From a virus (Duplodnaviria; Caudoviricetes), in the IMG/VR virus record IMGVR_UViG_3300033414_000001, positions 14,919-78,918 of that record: a stretch of 64,000 nucleotides of DNA. The stretch is one strand, 5' to 3'. A program made the position numbers and the translations under genes. Of this stretch, positions 35,439-44,558 are shown piece after piece. The notes beneath the pieces are model-generated. The model saw only the letters and a list, made by a program, of their open reading frames with translations. It was not told the origin of the DNA and did not search any database. The first letter of the stretch is position 1. Each line of letters starts with the position of its first letter.

Positions 35439-36275
35439 GTGAAGACATTCTCGCTTCGCATTGGGCTCATCGCGGCAGGGCTGCTCGTCCTTCTCTTCGG
35501 CGCCGTGGCGCTGGCGCAGGCGACCGGCGCGCCGCCTGCGGACCCGCTCTCCCTCATCTCCATTCTCGTTTCCGCGGCCCAGGGTCATCAGTGGGGCATC
35601 GTCGCGGGGGTGGCGCTGTCCGGGCTGACGTACGTTCTGCGGGCATGGGTGATGCCCGGCTGGAAGTGGGCGCAGACCGATCGCGGAGGCGTTGCCCTGG
35701 CGCTCGCGGTTTCCGTCGCCGGCACCGTCTCCACGGCGCTTCTGTCCGGCACAACCTCCTGGTCCGTGCTCCTCGATGCGGTCGCGGCGTTGCTCCTGTC
35801 GTCCGGCGCCTATTCGGTCGTCAAGAAGACGGTGGCCCCGTCCGATGTCGCGAAGGGTCTTCTCGTGTTCGTCTTGCTGATCGGCGCCGACTCCGCTCGC
35901 GCTGACGGTCTCGTTGCGCCGGCCTTCGGCGGCTGCAGGGACACGACCTGCTACGGCCCTTCGGTCTCGCTGTCCGTGCTCGCGATCTCGCTCAAGGATG
36001 GCTCCGTGTCGACGCTCGCGCTCCCGGGCCTCGGTTACGGAGCGACCTGGCGAGCCGACAAGTGGTACCGGTACGGCGTCAGCTCGCACTTCTCGCTGCG
36101 GAGCACCTCGGACGGACAGCGCCCGCAGGTAGCGATCGTCGGCTCCTTTGCCGAGTACCTGCGCTTCGGGCTCGCCCAAGTGGTAGGAGGAGGCGGAACG
36201 ACTCGGGAGCGGACCTCGATCCTGGTGTCGTTCGGAGCCGACTTCGGCGGATCTCCCGCCGCTTCGAGTCCGTAA
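35439..36275 (+). CDS. holin-like multi-pass protein fused to a predicted beta-barrel domain
   Basis: AGGAG RBS with GTG start; signal peptide, ~4 TMs, a second signal-like segment (SARA-D) and an amphipathic beta-strand C-terminal half. Confidence 0.65.
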   Translation: MKTFSLRIGLIAAGLLVLLFGAVALAQATGAPPADPLSLISILVSAAQGHQWGIVAGVALSGLTYVLRAWVMPGWKWAQTDRGGVALALAVSVAGTVSTALLSGTTSWSVLLDAVAALLLSSGAYSVVKKTVAPSDVAKGLLVFVLLIGADSARADGLVAPAFGGCRDTTCYGPSVSLSVLAISLKDGSVSTLALPGLGYGATWRADKWYRYGVSSHFSLRSTSDGQRPQVAIVGSFAEYLRFGLAQVVGGGGTTRERTSILVSFGADFGGSPAASSP

Positions 36276-36279
36276 GCTC

Positions 36280-36660
36280 ATGATCGCTCTTCTCGTTGGT
36301 CTCGCCTTGGCTCTGGCCGCCAGCAGTATCGCGGCCGGGGTCCAGGCGGTCCGAGCGGCATCTCTCGCGGCAGACCTGAAATTGGCAACGGCCAGAGCCA
36401 ATGAACTGACGCAGGCCGTTTCCGATGCCGCAGAAGAGCGACTCGTTCTCGTGCATCGATACGAGGCCGCAGTCGCCGACCTCAAGCAAAGCGTTGTGGA
36501 GCTGGAGGGCCTGATCGATGCGCACGCTGATCCCGAGCTTGTTCGCGCTCGCCTGCGCGAGCTGCTGTCCGGTGAAGCCTCTTCCGGAGCCACGCCCAAT
36601 CCAGGAGTGCCTGGTGCCTCCTCCTCCGCCACGGCCGCTCATCCTCGGATCGGGGCCTGA
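36280..36660 (+). CDS. i-spanin (Rz-like)
   Basis: Single N-terminal TM plus coiled coil; overlapped by a lipoprotein gene. Confidence 0.75.
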   Translation: MIALLVGLALALAASSIAAGVQAVRAASLAADLKLATARANELTQAVSDAAEERLVLVHRYEAAVADLKQSVVELEGLIDAHADPELVRARLRELLSGEASSGATPNPGVPGASSSATAAHPRIGA

Positions 36661-36790
36661 CGCAGGGTGCCCAGCGCCATTCACCATCTGCTACAGCGCT
36701 TCCGAGTCCATCGCGCTCGCCAGATACATCGCGGCCATGCAGCGGTGGAGCTCGGAGGCGGCAGCGCGTTGCGGGGCGATCCCGAAATAG
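36518..36790 (+). CDS. o-spanin (Rz1-like) lipoprotein
   Basis: Lipobox-like LACAS-C, Pro-rich, overlapping the i-spanin in another frame. Confidence 0.75.
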   Translation: MRTLIPSLFALACASCCPVKPLPEPRPIQECLVPPPPPRPLILGSGPDAGCPAPFTICYSASESIALARYIAAMQRWSSEAAARCGAIPK

Positions 36791-36791
36791 G

Positions 36792-37190
36792 CTAGCGATT
36801 CGCCATTCGCAGCAGCTCCGCCGCCACAAGCGCCTTCTGCATCTCGGGATCGTGTTTCGCCTGACGCAAAATCGCAATCGCGTCGCTTCTGCCTCGGATA
36901 ACTTTCACCCACTCACGCACCCAGTGCGTGTTGCAGGCTCGTAGCACCATGACGCCTTCCGAGATGCAATCCCGGGCAGCTCGGGCCCCGATCAGCCTCC
37001 AGCCGCGCCGCCGGAAGTCGTTCGGATCTATCCGGTGGTATGGCCCACGCTTGAAGGGCATCCCGATGGGAGCATCGTGATAGGGGGGAGCATCATAGAG
37101 GGGAGCATTGCCGGAGAGTTGACCTTCGAAGATCGGACGACCGCACGCCGGGCAGATCGGCAAATGCGGAGGAATCGGAGTGGATCGCAC
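36792..37190 (-). CDS. hypothetical protein
   Basis: ORF track; CPAC; converges with the lysis cassette. Confidence 0.55.
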   Translation of the reverse strand: MRSTPIPPHLPICPACGRPIFEGQLSGNAPLYDAPPYHDAPIGMPFKRGPYHRIDPNDFRRRGWRLIGARAARDCISEGVMVLRACNTHWVREWVKVIRGRSDAIAILRQAKHDPEMQKALVAAELLRMANR

Positions 37191-37193
37191 GCG

Positions 37194-37667
37194 TCACCTG
37201 CCCGGCGCGGGAGTCGTCCCGCCGGAAGGCGGCTCCTCCACGCACTTCGCCGCGAGTCGCTCGTCCCGCCATAGCGGGTTCTCGTGCCCCGCGTCCCCGA
37301 TGACGATGTGACCGAATTCGTGGGCCAGAACCGCAGCGGGACACGCTCCGCCTATCTCGATGCTCATCCGGTAGTCGTCCTGACATCCGATCGAGCCCGG
37401 GTGGCCGCAGGCTCCTCGGAAGTCGATCGGTTCGACGCGCACGAGATAGCCGCGGATATCGTCCGGGGATCCACCGAACACCGCGACGCCGATGGCGATG
37501 GCGTGCCGCGAGTCGTCTCGCGACAGTTCTCCGCCATCCAGGACGAAACAGGCGCCGTACTCGACATAGGAGCATGTCGAGGGGTCGCCATCCCAAGCCG
37601 GAGAAACTCCGCAGCCAGCAAGAACCATCAGAAGCACCGTCGCGACAGGCGATAGTTGACGTCTCAC
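37194..37667 (-). CDS. lipoprotein zincin metallopeptidase
   Basis: Lipobox LAG-C; HEFGH-x7-H motif. Confidence 0.75.
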   Translation of the reverse strand: MRRQLSPVATVLLMVLAGCGVSPAWDGDPSTCSYVEYGACFVLDGGELSRDDSRHAIAIGVAVFGGSPDDIRGYLVRVEPIDFRGACGHPGSIGCQDDYRMSIEIGGACPAAVLAHEFGHIVIGDAGHENPLWRDERLAAKCVEEPPSGGTTPAPGR

Positions 37668-37908
37668 GTGATTCCCTCCGGGGATGCCAGCAGGCTCGCC
37701 GCTTCTCCTGCTAGTTGCTCCTCGTTGTGTTCCTGTTCGCCCAATCGGCCCTCTCGGGAAAGAGGCCTTGCACCATCAGATACCACCCTGGCCCTCGGCT
37801 GGCGGTGCTCAAAGAAGGGAATCGGGGGGGGGCGCGACAATCGCGAGCTGCGACGCGTCGCGTTCGTCCAACCATCGGATCTCGAATCGCATCCACAGAA
37901 GCGAAGGG

Positions 37909-38241
37909 TCACAGGGCATCGCCGGACCCAAAAGGCAGCCAACGTTGAGGCAAGAGCTTGCCGTCGCTCCAAGTCCACAGAGTCGCCTCCTCTCGGCTCC
38001 ATGCTCCACGGTCTACCCCGTCGCACCATCCCTCAAGGCGGTCATGACGCGGCTTGTCGATGTCCGTGTTGTGAGGGCCCAATTTGATCACGCTGCCGGG
38101 GCGCTCACTCGCAACGTTCCGCCCGCACAGAACGCATAGCCAGGTGGTAGTCTTGTATTCGACCACGTGCCTCAGGGTGCCGCCCGCGAGCAGAACGGCT
38201 GCGACTCTGGCGTCTCGCGTCTCCTGGTCTTCGCCGATCAT
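37909..38241 (-). CDS. small Zn-ribbon protein (paralogue of 38238-38513)
   Basis: DQETRDARVAAVLLAGG...CVLCG; ATGA coupling. Confidence 0.55.
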   Translation of the reverse strand: MIGEDQETRDARVAAVLLAGGTLRHVVEYKTTTWLCVLCGRNVASERPGSVIKLGPHNTDIDKPRHDRLEGWCDGVDRGAWSREEATLWTWSDGKLLPQRWLPFGSGDAL

Positions 38242-38513
38242 CGCGCGCCGCCGGTTGTTCCAGGAGACCCGGAGTCGGAGCCATCGCAATAGCACCATCC
38301 GGCAAGGTCGAACATCGAAGTCAGCACGGCTGGGTTGGCATTGCTGAGCCAGGCATTCTGGCTCCTGATAGTGGCTTCGGTGCCGCACCTCACGCACAGC
38401 GGCGACTCCCGGGTGCGCGCGTGAATCACAAACCCGCCTCCCAGGATCGTCGCTGCAACGACGGCGTCGCGTCGCTCCTGCTCGGTGTCGGTCGTGATGA
38501 GAGTCGCGTCCAC
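38238..38513 (-). CDS. small Zn-ribbon protein
   Basis: EQERRDAVVAATILGGG...CVRCG...CYC. Confidence 0.6.
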   Translation of the reverse strand: MDATLITTDTEQERRDAVVAATILGGGFVIHARTRESPLCVRCGTEATIRSQNAWLSNANPAVLTSMFDLAGWCYCDGSDSGSPGTTGGAR

Positions 38514-39782
38514 TCACTCCTCCATCTCAATGATCTCGCCCCAGTTCGCTGGATTCCGCCGATGCTCGCCGACCAGCAGCCAGATCGTTCGCATACCCAG
38601 CGGAGGATCGGCCGGGCACGCGCCGTCGCCGTCCGTCACAAACAGGAGAACCTGCGGGCGAGGCCTCATCTTCTGCGCTGCCGCGAAGGCTGGGCCGAAG
38701 TCGGTTCCCCCTCCTCCCTTGAGCAGCGGAAGAACCTCCTGCCAGGTCCTCACCTTGCGCATCTCATGCACGGCCGCGTCAGCGGCGGCGAAGGTGACGT
38801 GCGCGGAGGTCTTGGTGAGCACGCCCTTCACCTCGCGCAAGCCGATTGTCAGATCGTCCTTGCCCATGGATCCGCTCGTGTCGACGATCACCAAGACCTC
38901 CGGCTTCGGCGCCATGAGCGCCGGAAGAATGGGACGCCCGGGCCCACATCCTACTCCTCCCTGCCGACGCGAGGGTCGTCCGTATCGGTAGTCGACGGCG
39001 CCCTGGGCCCACTCGACGGAGCTGCGGACGATCTTCGAGAGCTTCGTCTGCCACGGGATTTTCGGCGGGTCGAGCTGCGTGTCGGCCCAGACCACCCAGC
39101 CGCCCGGGGTGGAGCCTCTGCCCTTGCTGGTCTCGGTCTTGACCGCTTCGGCGACGGTTCTGCGCACTCGCTCAAGCTCCGCTGGCGTGCGCCCTTTCCC
39201 GTCCGGATCCGGTTCGCCCGGGAGGGGGCATCCCGCGCCAGAACCGCACCAGCCCGGCCCTGGCCTGTTCGATCCCGCAAGCCCGGACGGCTTGAGGCGC
39301 TTCCTCAGTTCGGCGTAGTACCCCTCGGCGAGGTGCCCGTTTGGCATGCCTCCCGGGTCACCAACGACGGTGAACAGCGACGCCGGCAGAACCGGTGGAG
39401 CACGCGATCCGTCGACGCCCGTCTCAGGGAACCTCCATACGCCCTCCTGCGGGATGTCGTCGTTGATCTCGGCGTCGGCTGCGACGTTCCAAAGCCGCGC
39501 TTCGGTTTGCCCTGTTGCCCTGGCGACTTCCGCGCGGCCCGCGTGTCGGCGCAGCACGTGCCACGCCTCATGGAGCAGAACCGTTGCGCCCTGCCTAACG
39601 GTCCAGGGCCCGCGCAGATCCGGATCGTAAAACAGCCTCCCGTCCGCCGTGACTCCCATGGTCCCGAGCCCTGGGATTTCTCGGGGCACGAGCGCTAGAA
39701 GCACGGCCGTCATGCACGGAGCGTGTCGTCTTGCGTACAGACGGCACGCACTGAGCCACGCAGCGCCAGTCGAAAAGGACAT
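38514..39782 (-). CDS. DUF2201-type metallopeptidase plus VWA-like domain protein
   Basis: LLHEAWHV...WN.A.D.EIN; VIVDTSGSM MIDAS; GGGGTDF; TDG.G. Confidence 0.9.
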   Translation of the reverse strand: MSFSTGAAWLSACRLYARRHAPCMTAVLLALVPREIPGLGTMGVTADGRLFYDPDLRGPWTVRQGATVLLHEAWHVLRRHAGRAEVARATGQTEARLWNVAADAEINDDIPQEGVWRFPETGVDGSRAPPVLPASLFTVVGDPGGMPNGHLAEGYYAELRKRLKPSGLAGSNRPGPGWCGSGAGCPLPGEPDPDGKGRTPAELERVRRTVAEAVKTETSKGRGSTPGGWVVWADTQLDPPKIPWQTKLSKIVRSSVEWAQGAVDYRYGRPSRRQGGVGCGPGRPILPALMAPKPEVLVIVDTSGSMGKDDLTIGLREVKGVLTKTSAHVTFAAADAAVHEMRKVRTWQEVLPLLKGGGGTDFGPAFAAAQKMRPRPQVLLFVTDGDGACPADPPLGMRTIWLLVGEHRRNPANWGEIIEMEE

Positions 39783-39789
39783 GCGCGTC

Positions 39790-40947
39790 TCAGGCGTGGG
39801 CCATCTTCAAGGTGGGCGCCATCCTGGCGAGCACTGGTCTGGCCTCTCGGATCGTCTCCCCAAGTCCCGCCTTCACCAGCGCGACCGCGGCGGGCTCTAC
39901 GATATCGACGGCGCTCTGCGCGACGCCGCCCATGATGATCCACAGACGAATCGCTCGTCTGTCGCGCTGCTCGGCTTGCGGTGGGACGACCATCGCGGCG
40001 CATGCGCCGAGCACTGCTGCTGTGCGGTCCAGACGATCAGGGTCGTGCTCGAATGGCTCTCTCCCGTCCAGCACCGCGATCGGGTCCGGCAGCCTCGCGG
40101 CGGAGAGCCAGGTGGCGTACTGCTGAGCGGCAGGCGCCCCGACGAAACCAGCGAGTAGCTCATCCGTGTCGCTTTCGTCGAGCCGATGGATTGAGGCTCC
40201 AGCGAGCGCCCGCAATCCCAGTTCCCAAGATCGTGGAGATGGCCACGCGCGGCCACGCGCTGGGTTGCCTTCGGGTGGCTGTCGACACAGCAGATCCGGG
40301 AACGATCGCAGGAACGCCGTCACGCGTCCGGTCGCCACAGCCAAGGCTTCGGGCCATGCCACCATGACGCGGGCCTCTTCTGCGGCGGCGCTCAGGGGCG
40401 CGGCGTCTCCGGAGCCATTGCAGCCCGAGATCGCCCAGGCTCCCCATTCCTCGGCGCTCGGGGTGGGCCAGTCTAGATGCCCCATGCGATTCGCCTCGGC
40501 GGGGTCCATCTCGTAGACCCCGGGCGCGGTCTCGACCGGGTTCGCCGCCGCCACGACGCGCACGTGGCCGCCCAGATAGCTCGACCCGATCTGGAGCTCG
40601 TTCACCAGCCCCAGCAGCGGGGGCTGGATGGCCGGCGCAGCACGATTGATCTCGTCCACGAAAACGATGCCGCGGGCGCCGTCCCGAAAGTGCTCGACCC
40701 AGTCAGGCGGCGGATAGAGCAGCCGGGAGCCGTCCGCGGTCGGCATCGGCACGACACCGAATGCGCCCTCCCCGCGAGAGCCAGGGCTCAGCGTCTCGAC
40801 GTGGCCGAACCCAAACTCCTTGGCCGCGTGCTCGATGACCGTGGTCTTGCCGACCCCAGGCCCTCCCCACCAGCAGACCGGGAGACCCCAGCGACCGCGC
40901 CGGCCGGGAGTGAACCAGAGGACCCTGAGAACTCGCTTGATATCCAT
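39790..40947 (-). CDS. MoxR-type AAA+ ATPase
   Basis: Walker A GGPGVGKT, Walker B VFVDEINRA, VVAAANP, PSPRSW. Confidence 0.9.
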   Translation of the reverse strand: MDIKRVLRVLWFTPGRRGRWGLPVCWWGGPGVGKTTVIEHAAKEFGFGHVETLSPGSRGEGAFGVVPMPTADGSRLLYPPPDWVEHFRDGARGIVFVDEINRAAPAIQPPLLGLVNELQIGSSYLGGHVRVVAAANPVETAPGVYEMDPAEANRMGHLDWPTPSAEEWGAWAISGCNGSGDAAPLSAAAEEARVMVAWPEALAVATGRVTAFLRSFPDLLCRQPPEGNPARGRAWPSPRSWELGLRALAGASIHRLDESDTDELLAGFVGAPAAQQYATWLSAARLPDPIAVLDGREPFEHDPDRLDRTAAVLGACAAMVVPPQAEQRDRRAIRLWIIMGGVAQSAVDIVEPAAVALVKAGLGETIREARPVLARMAPTLKMAHA

Positions 40948-40992
40948 CGCCCTGTCGCCTCTCCTTGGCGCAAACGGATACGCCTGGTGCCA

Positions 40993-41021
40993 CTCATATG
41001 CTCTATAGGCCCACGAGTCAA
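40993..41021 (-). promoter_or_regulatory. leftward sigma70-like promoter
   Basis: TTGACT-17-TATGAG(TG); same -10 region as the promoter at 56010-56038. Confidence 0.6.
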
Positions 41022-41071
41022 TTGGCGCGCACTGGGCCTAGTAGGTGGACGAGGCGAGCTAGGCGACGTAT

Positions 41072-41329
41072 ATGGAGGCGATGACATCTCCGTCGCAGAC
41101 CGAGATCATGGCCTCAAAGGGATACATGCTCGCCGCCAAAGCGGCCAAAAGGATCGGCTACGCTCCATCGAGCATGTACAAGCTGATCGGGGCCGGGCAG
41201 GTGAGAGAGCTTCGGATCGGTCGCTTCCGGTACGTCCTGATCTCCAGCCTGGTGTCGTACCTAGGAGAGGAGGCCGCCGCCATCCTGGGGCTGACATCGG
41301 GAAGCGGCGAGCCTAGTGGTCAGGAATAA
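41072..41329 (+). CDS. excisionase-like HTH protein
   Basis: YMLAAKAAKRIGYAPSSMYKLIGAGQV...RIGRFRYV. Confidence 0.75.
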   Translation: MEAMTSPSQTEIMASKGYMLAAKAAKRIGYAPSSMYKLIGAGQVRELRIGRFRYVLISSLVSYLGEEAAAILGLTSGSGEPSGQE

Positions 41330-41729
41330 CGGCCGTTGAGTTGATTCGAACCATGAGATCGATGTTGCCGGGCGACGTTCCGGTCATCATCGCTGCGGCC
41401 TCGCGCGCCAGAAACGGCTCGATAGCCTGCCTCCACACGTGGGTCACGGGGCTCAGCAGTCTCATGGTGCTCCGGAGATGCGAGCACTCGACGAACACCG
41501 TGTCACCCCAGCATCCCATCAGGACAGGCACCACTAGGCCGTCGTTGGCTTGGGCTAGCAGACGATCCACCATCAGCAGGTGAGCATCCATCGCCGGGAT
41601 CCCGATACCTTTCCCTGATTTGCTGATCATCTGGCCTAGGCTGAGCCCATCCAAACCTTCGGCCGCCTCCCCGATAGGTACCCATGTCGCGAGCTTACGG
41701 GCGCAGCCGATGCACGCCGATTCCGTCAC
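41313..41729 (-). CDS. hypothetical protein
   Basis: ORF track; atypical codon usage; CIGC. Confidence 0.55.
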   Translation of the reverse strand: MTESACIGCARKLATWVPIGEAAEGLDGLSLGQMISKSGKGIGIPAMDAHLLMVDRLLAQANDGLVVPVLMGCWGDTVFVECSHLRSTMRLLSPVTHVWRQAIEPFLAREAAAMMTGTSPGNIDLMVRINSTAVIPDH

Positions 41730-41732
41730 TCG

Positions 41733-41927
41733 CTACTCCCGGGGCTGAACCTCGCCGCACTCGTTGCATCGCTCCATCGCCCCAATTGGAGCGCAGGGCC
41801 GGTCGCACCGGTAACACCATGCGACATGCGCGAGCAGGGCCAGGGGGCGCTCGACAGGGATCTCCGCCGTCTGGGACGGAACGGGAAGCGGAGGCATCTG
41901 TCGGCGGACGGAACGCATGGCGAGCAC
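41733..41927 (-). CDS. small Zn-ribbon protein
   Basis: CYRCD...CNECG; start uncertain. Confidence 0.45.
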   Translation of the reverse strand: MLAMRSVRRQMPPLPVPSQTAEIPVERPLALLAHVAWCYRCDRPCAPIGAMERCNECGEVQPRE

Positions 41928-42009
41928 GCGGACACACTAGCACACCGGGCGGATTGGTCAATTGCGGCGCGCATGTGCGCAGATTCAGCGGCGAGCCGAG
42001 CCGGCATGG

Positions 42010-42426
42010 CTACCCCCTGCCCCGACGCGAGGCGGAGCCGAGAGCGGCCTCCTGCATCCGGGCGTAGCACCGCGGCGCCTTGCCGGTCGGCGCCTCCTCT
42101 CGGTAGAGCGCCTCCAGCTCGCCCCAGACCTCCACCAGCGGCGCCCACCTCGGGTAGCGGAGAGCCACCTCTGGCATCCTGGATCGCCAGGCCGGGAATC
42201 GGTCCAGCAGACGGACGCATCGGCCGAGGTCGTCAGGATCGTGTGGCGTATCATACCACCCGTACGACCCGGGAAAGCCGGTCATCACCGACCAGATCGT
42301 GGCGCTGGAGACCCCCGTGTCGCCGCTGGCGAGCCATGCCTGCTCAGCGGAGATCCGACTTCGTTCGGCGCGGACCACCTCCTCCCGCTCTCCCAGGGTC
42401 ATCGGCCCAGAGGACGCGTCACGCAT
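42010..42426 (-). CDS. conserved phage protein
   Basis: WL.SGDTG.SS.TIW...P.DPDD.GRC..LL...P.W motif. Confidence 0.75.
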   Translation of the reverse strand: MRDASSGPMTLGEREEVVRAERSRISAEQAWLASGDTGVSSATIWSVMTGFPGSYGWYDTPHDPDDLGRCVRLLDRFPAWRSRMPEVALRYPRWAPLVEVWGELEALYREEAPTGKAPRCYARMQEAALGSASRRGRG

Positions 42427-42739
42427 GGCTACCTCCCGTCCCCCCGTGATCGTCCATTTGCCCGCACGTCGGGCGCTTAGGCTTCCGGGCCTTACTGATC
42501 CGCTCCTGGATGGCCTCGGCATCCCTCCGGCGCAAAGAGGCGCGCCAGAGGTGTTCGCCCCCCGCGGCCTCGATCTGCGCCGCCTCGGCGCGCAGATCGT
42601 CGCGCTCCGCCTCCATGGCCGAGATCCTCTCTTGCTGCGTCCCGAGCGCCTCCCACGCGGCTAGCCCCGCATCCTTCGCTCGCCGCAGATCGCGCATCAG
42701 TTGTGCGTACTCCAGCGCCTTCTCTCGTTCGGTCCCCAT
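42419..42739 (-). CDS. coiled-coil hypothetical protein
   Basis: Coupled start and stop; helical. Confidence 0.6.
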   Translation of the reverse strand: MGTEREKALEYAQLMRDLRRAKDAGLAAWEALGTQQERISAMEAERDDLRAEAAQIEAAGGEHLWRASLRRRDAEAIQERISKARKPKRPTCGQMDDHGGTGGSHA

Positions 42740-44001
42740 TACCCCTCCTCGGGCTTTCCGCCCTGAGTGAGCGCGGTGCGCGCGGCCTCTTGGGCTGCGT
42801 TCAGGCGCTCCAGCGCGACGCGGTGGGCGGCCTCGGCCTCGTTGATGGGCTTCATGTCGGCGGCGCACTGCTCGTCGATCCGCCGCTGCTCGTCTGGCGG
42901 AAGGGACGACATCAGCACGGCGTTTCGGGACATTCGCTGGGGAGCAGGGCCCCATTCCCGGGACTTCTTCGCTCGCACTCGCGCTGCGTTCTTGGCCTCC
43001 GCTCGCTCGACTCGCAGCGCGTCGGCCCATTCCCGCAGCGCCTCCCGGAGACGGTCACGCTCGGTCTCGGCTGCGGTGGCGCGATCCAGCAACGTCACAA
43101 CGCGGGCCCGCGCCTCCGGATACGGGAGCCCGACCTGTCCGGCTTCGTCGAGCGCCGCGACCAGAGGGTAGACGTGCTCGCTCCAGTTCACCTTCTGTGA
43201 TCCGATGATGCTATTCCGGATCGCGTTGATCTTGGCCAGCGCCGCCCCGGCCTTCTCGGCGCGCGCCTCCGCCTCGTCCAAGAGGTGGTGCGCGTGAACC
43301 AGATTGACCACCGTGCAGTGGCAGTGGTCGTACCAGGCCGCGCAGTCGCCGGGATCGTGATGCGGCGCGCCGACCAGGTAGGCGCGCCCCGCTATCTCCG
43401 TCTGCTCGGCCATGGCAGTGGCGCGCGCCTCGGCCTTTGTGCCGCGCTCCATCCACTCGGCGCCCTTGATCTCGGCGGCAACGCGGCGATCCTCCTCGGC
43501 GGCGAGCAGCTCGCGCTCCTTGGCGACCGCCGCAACGGCTTGGTCGCGGGCCGCGCGCACCCCGGCGGCGGCCGCCTCGGCCTTCTCGGCGCGGTCCTTC
43601 GCCGCCCTGGCCGAGGACCGGGTCAGGGAGAGCTGCTCTACGAGCTCCTCCACGTCGTCCAGGAGGGCCGGTATTGCGGCCGGCGCCTCTTCGATCAGCT
43701 TGGCATCGGGGTGGTCGAGCAGCCGGAACCAATCCTCGTGGTGCTCTCGGCCGGGGGCGAGCGCGGTCAACTCCTGCACGTGGGCCATGACGCCGATGCG
43801 GCCATCACGGACTGCGAATTGGGGCGCTGCTCCGCCCATTCCCCAGCGCACGAAACGCATCACCGTGAGATCGAATCGCGGGATGCCGCCGCACAGCTTC
43901 ACCTCCTTGGATTTGAGGCTGACCTCCCAGCGCCACGGGCCCTTGGTCGCCGCTTCAAGCAGCGCCCGCCACTTCGCCCTCTGCTCTGCTGTCGTATTCA
44001 C
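42739..44001 (-). CDS. Ead/Ea22-like mosaic phage protein
   Basis: AATKGPWRW...DA.LI..AP..IPALLD.VE; coiled coils. Confidence 0.75.
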   Translation of the reverse strand: MNTTAEQRAKWRALLEAATKGPWRWEVSLKSKEVKLCGGIPRFDLTVMRFVRWGMGGAAPQFAVRDGRIGVMAHVQELTALAPGREHHEDWFRLLDHPDAKLIEEAPAAIPALLDDVEELVEQLSLTRSSARAAKDRAEKAEAAAAGVRAARDQAVAAVAKERELLAAEEDRRVAAEIKGAEWMERGTKAEARATAMAEQTEIAGRAYLVGAPHHDPGDCAAWYDHCHCTVVNLVHAHHLLDEAEARAEKAGAALAKINAIRNSIIGSQKVNWSEHVYPLVAALDEAGQVGLPYPEARARVVTLLDRATAAETERDRLREALREWADALRVERAEAKNAARVRAKKSREWGPAPQRMSRNAVLMSSLPPDEQRRIDEQCAADMKPINEAEAAHRVALERLNAAQEAARTALTQGGKPEEG

Positions 44002-44558
44002 GGTGAGTCCTCCGCATCCTCGACTTCGGCGGCGCCTTCGCTACCCTGCTCAACCGCACTACTGAACGCCGCGTCGAAAAGCCGATGGATTGGCGTCGTG
44101 CCCTGCTCGTCCTCGTCGTTGAGCGCCCGAACCACGTCGCGCGCAAACGCAACGGCGTTGGTCACCTTCCAGCCATCGGTAGGGATGCACCCGAGGTCGA
44201 CTCCTGCCCGGTAAGCCTTCGGGATGTTCACGACGGGGAGACGGATAACGATGCTCCCCTGCTCGATGCTGGCCTCAGCGCTGCGCTTCTGCGTGCTCCG
44301 CGGGCCGCCCCTCCGCCCGTCGCCCGACGACGCAGCATCCAGGCGAGCGAGAGCGCGCGTCAGATTTCCGGTGGCCGGGTCGGCGTCGGTCTTGCGCGCC
44401 TCCCTCGCCACGGCCCGCAGGCCGTCCAGCTCGGCCTCGGCGATCCGGAGTATCTGGAGGTCCCCGGCCTTGCGCCGCGTCGGCAGGGGACGCTCGGCCA
44501 GATCTCGAAGATCGGACAGGAGGGCCGTCAGCACGGGCGCCTCCTTGCGCCGCCTCAT
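43998..44558 (-). CDS. hypothetical protein
   Basis: ATGA/GTGA coupling; TP.H..FD.AF..A.E.G motif. Confidence 0.6.
   Translation of the reverse strand: MRRRKEAPVLTALLSDLRDLAERPLPTRRKAGDLQILRIAEAELDGLRAVAREARKTDADPATGNLTRALARLDAASSGDGRRGGPRSTQKRSAEASIEQGSIVIRLPVVNIPKAYRAGVDLGCIPTDGWKVTNAVAFARDVVRALNDEDEQGTTPIHRLFDAAFSSAVEQGSEGAAEVEDAEDSP

Noticed and set aside
37824-37832. G9 tract as a phase-variation site
   Set aside because: Not inside a confidently called gene; the 37664-38029 minus-strand ORF is itself doubtful.
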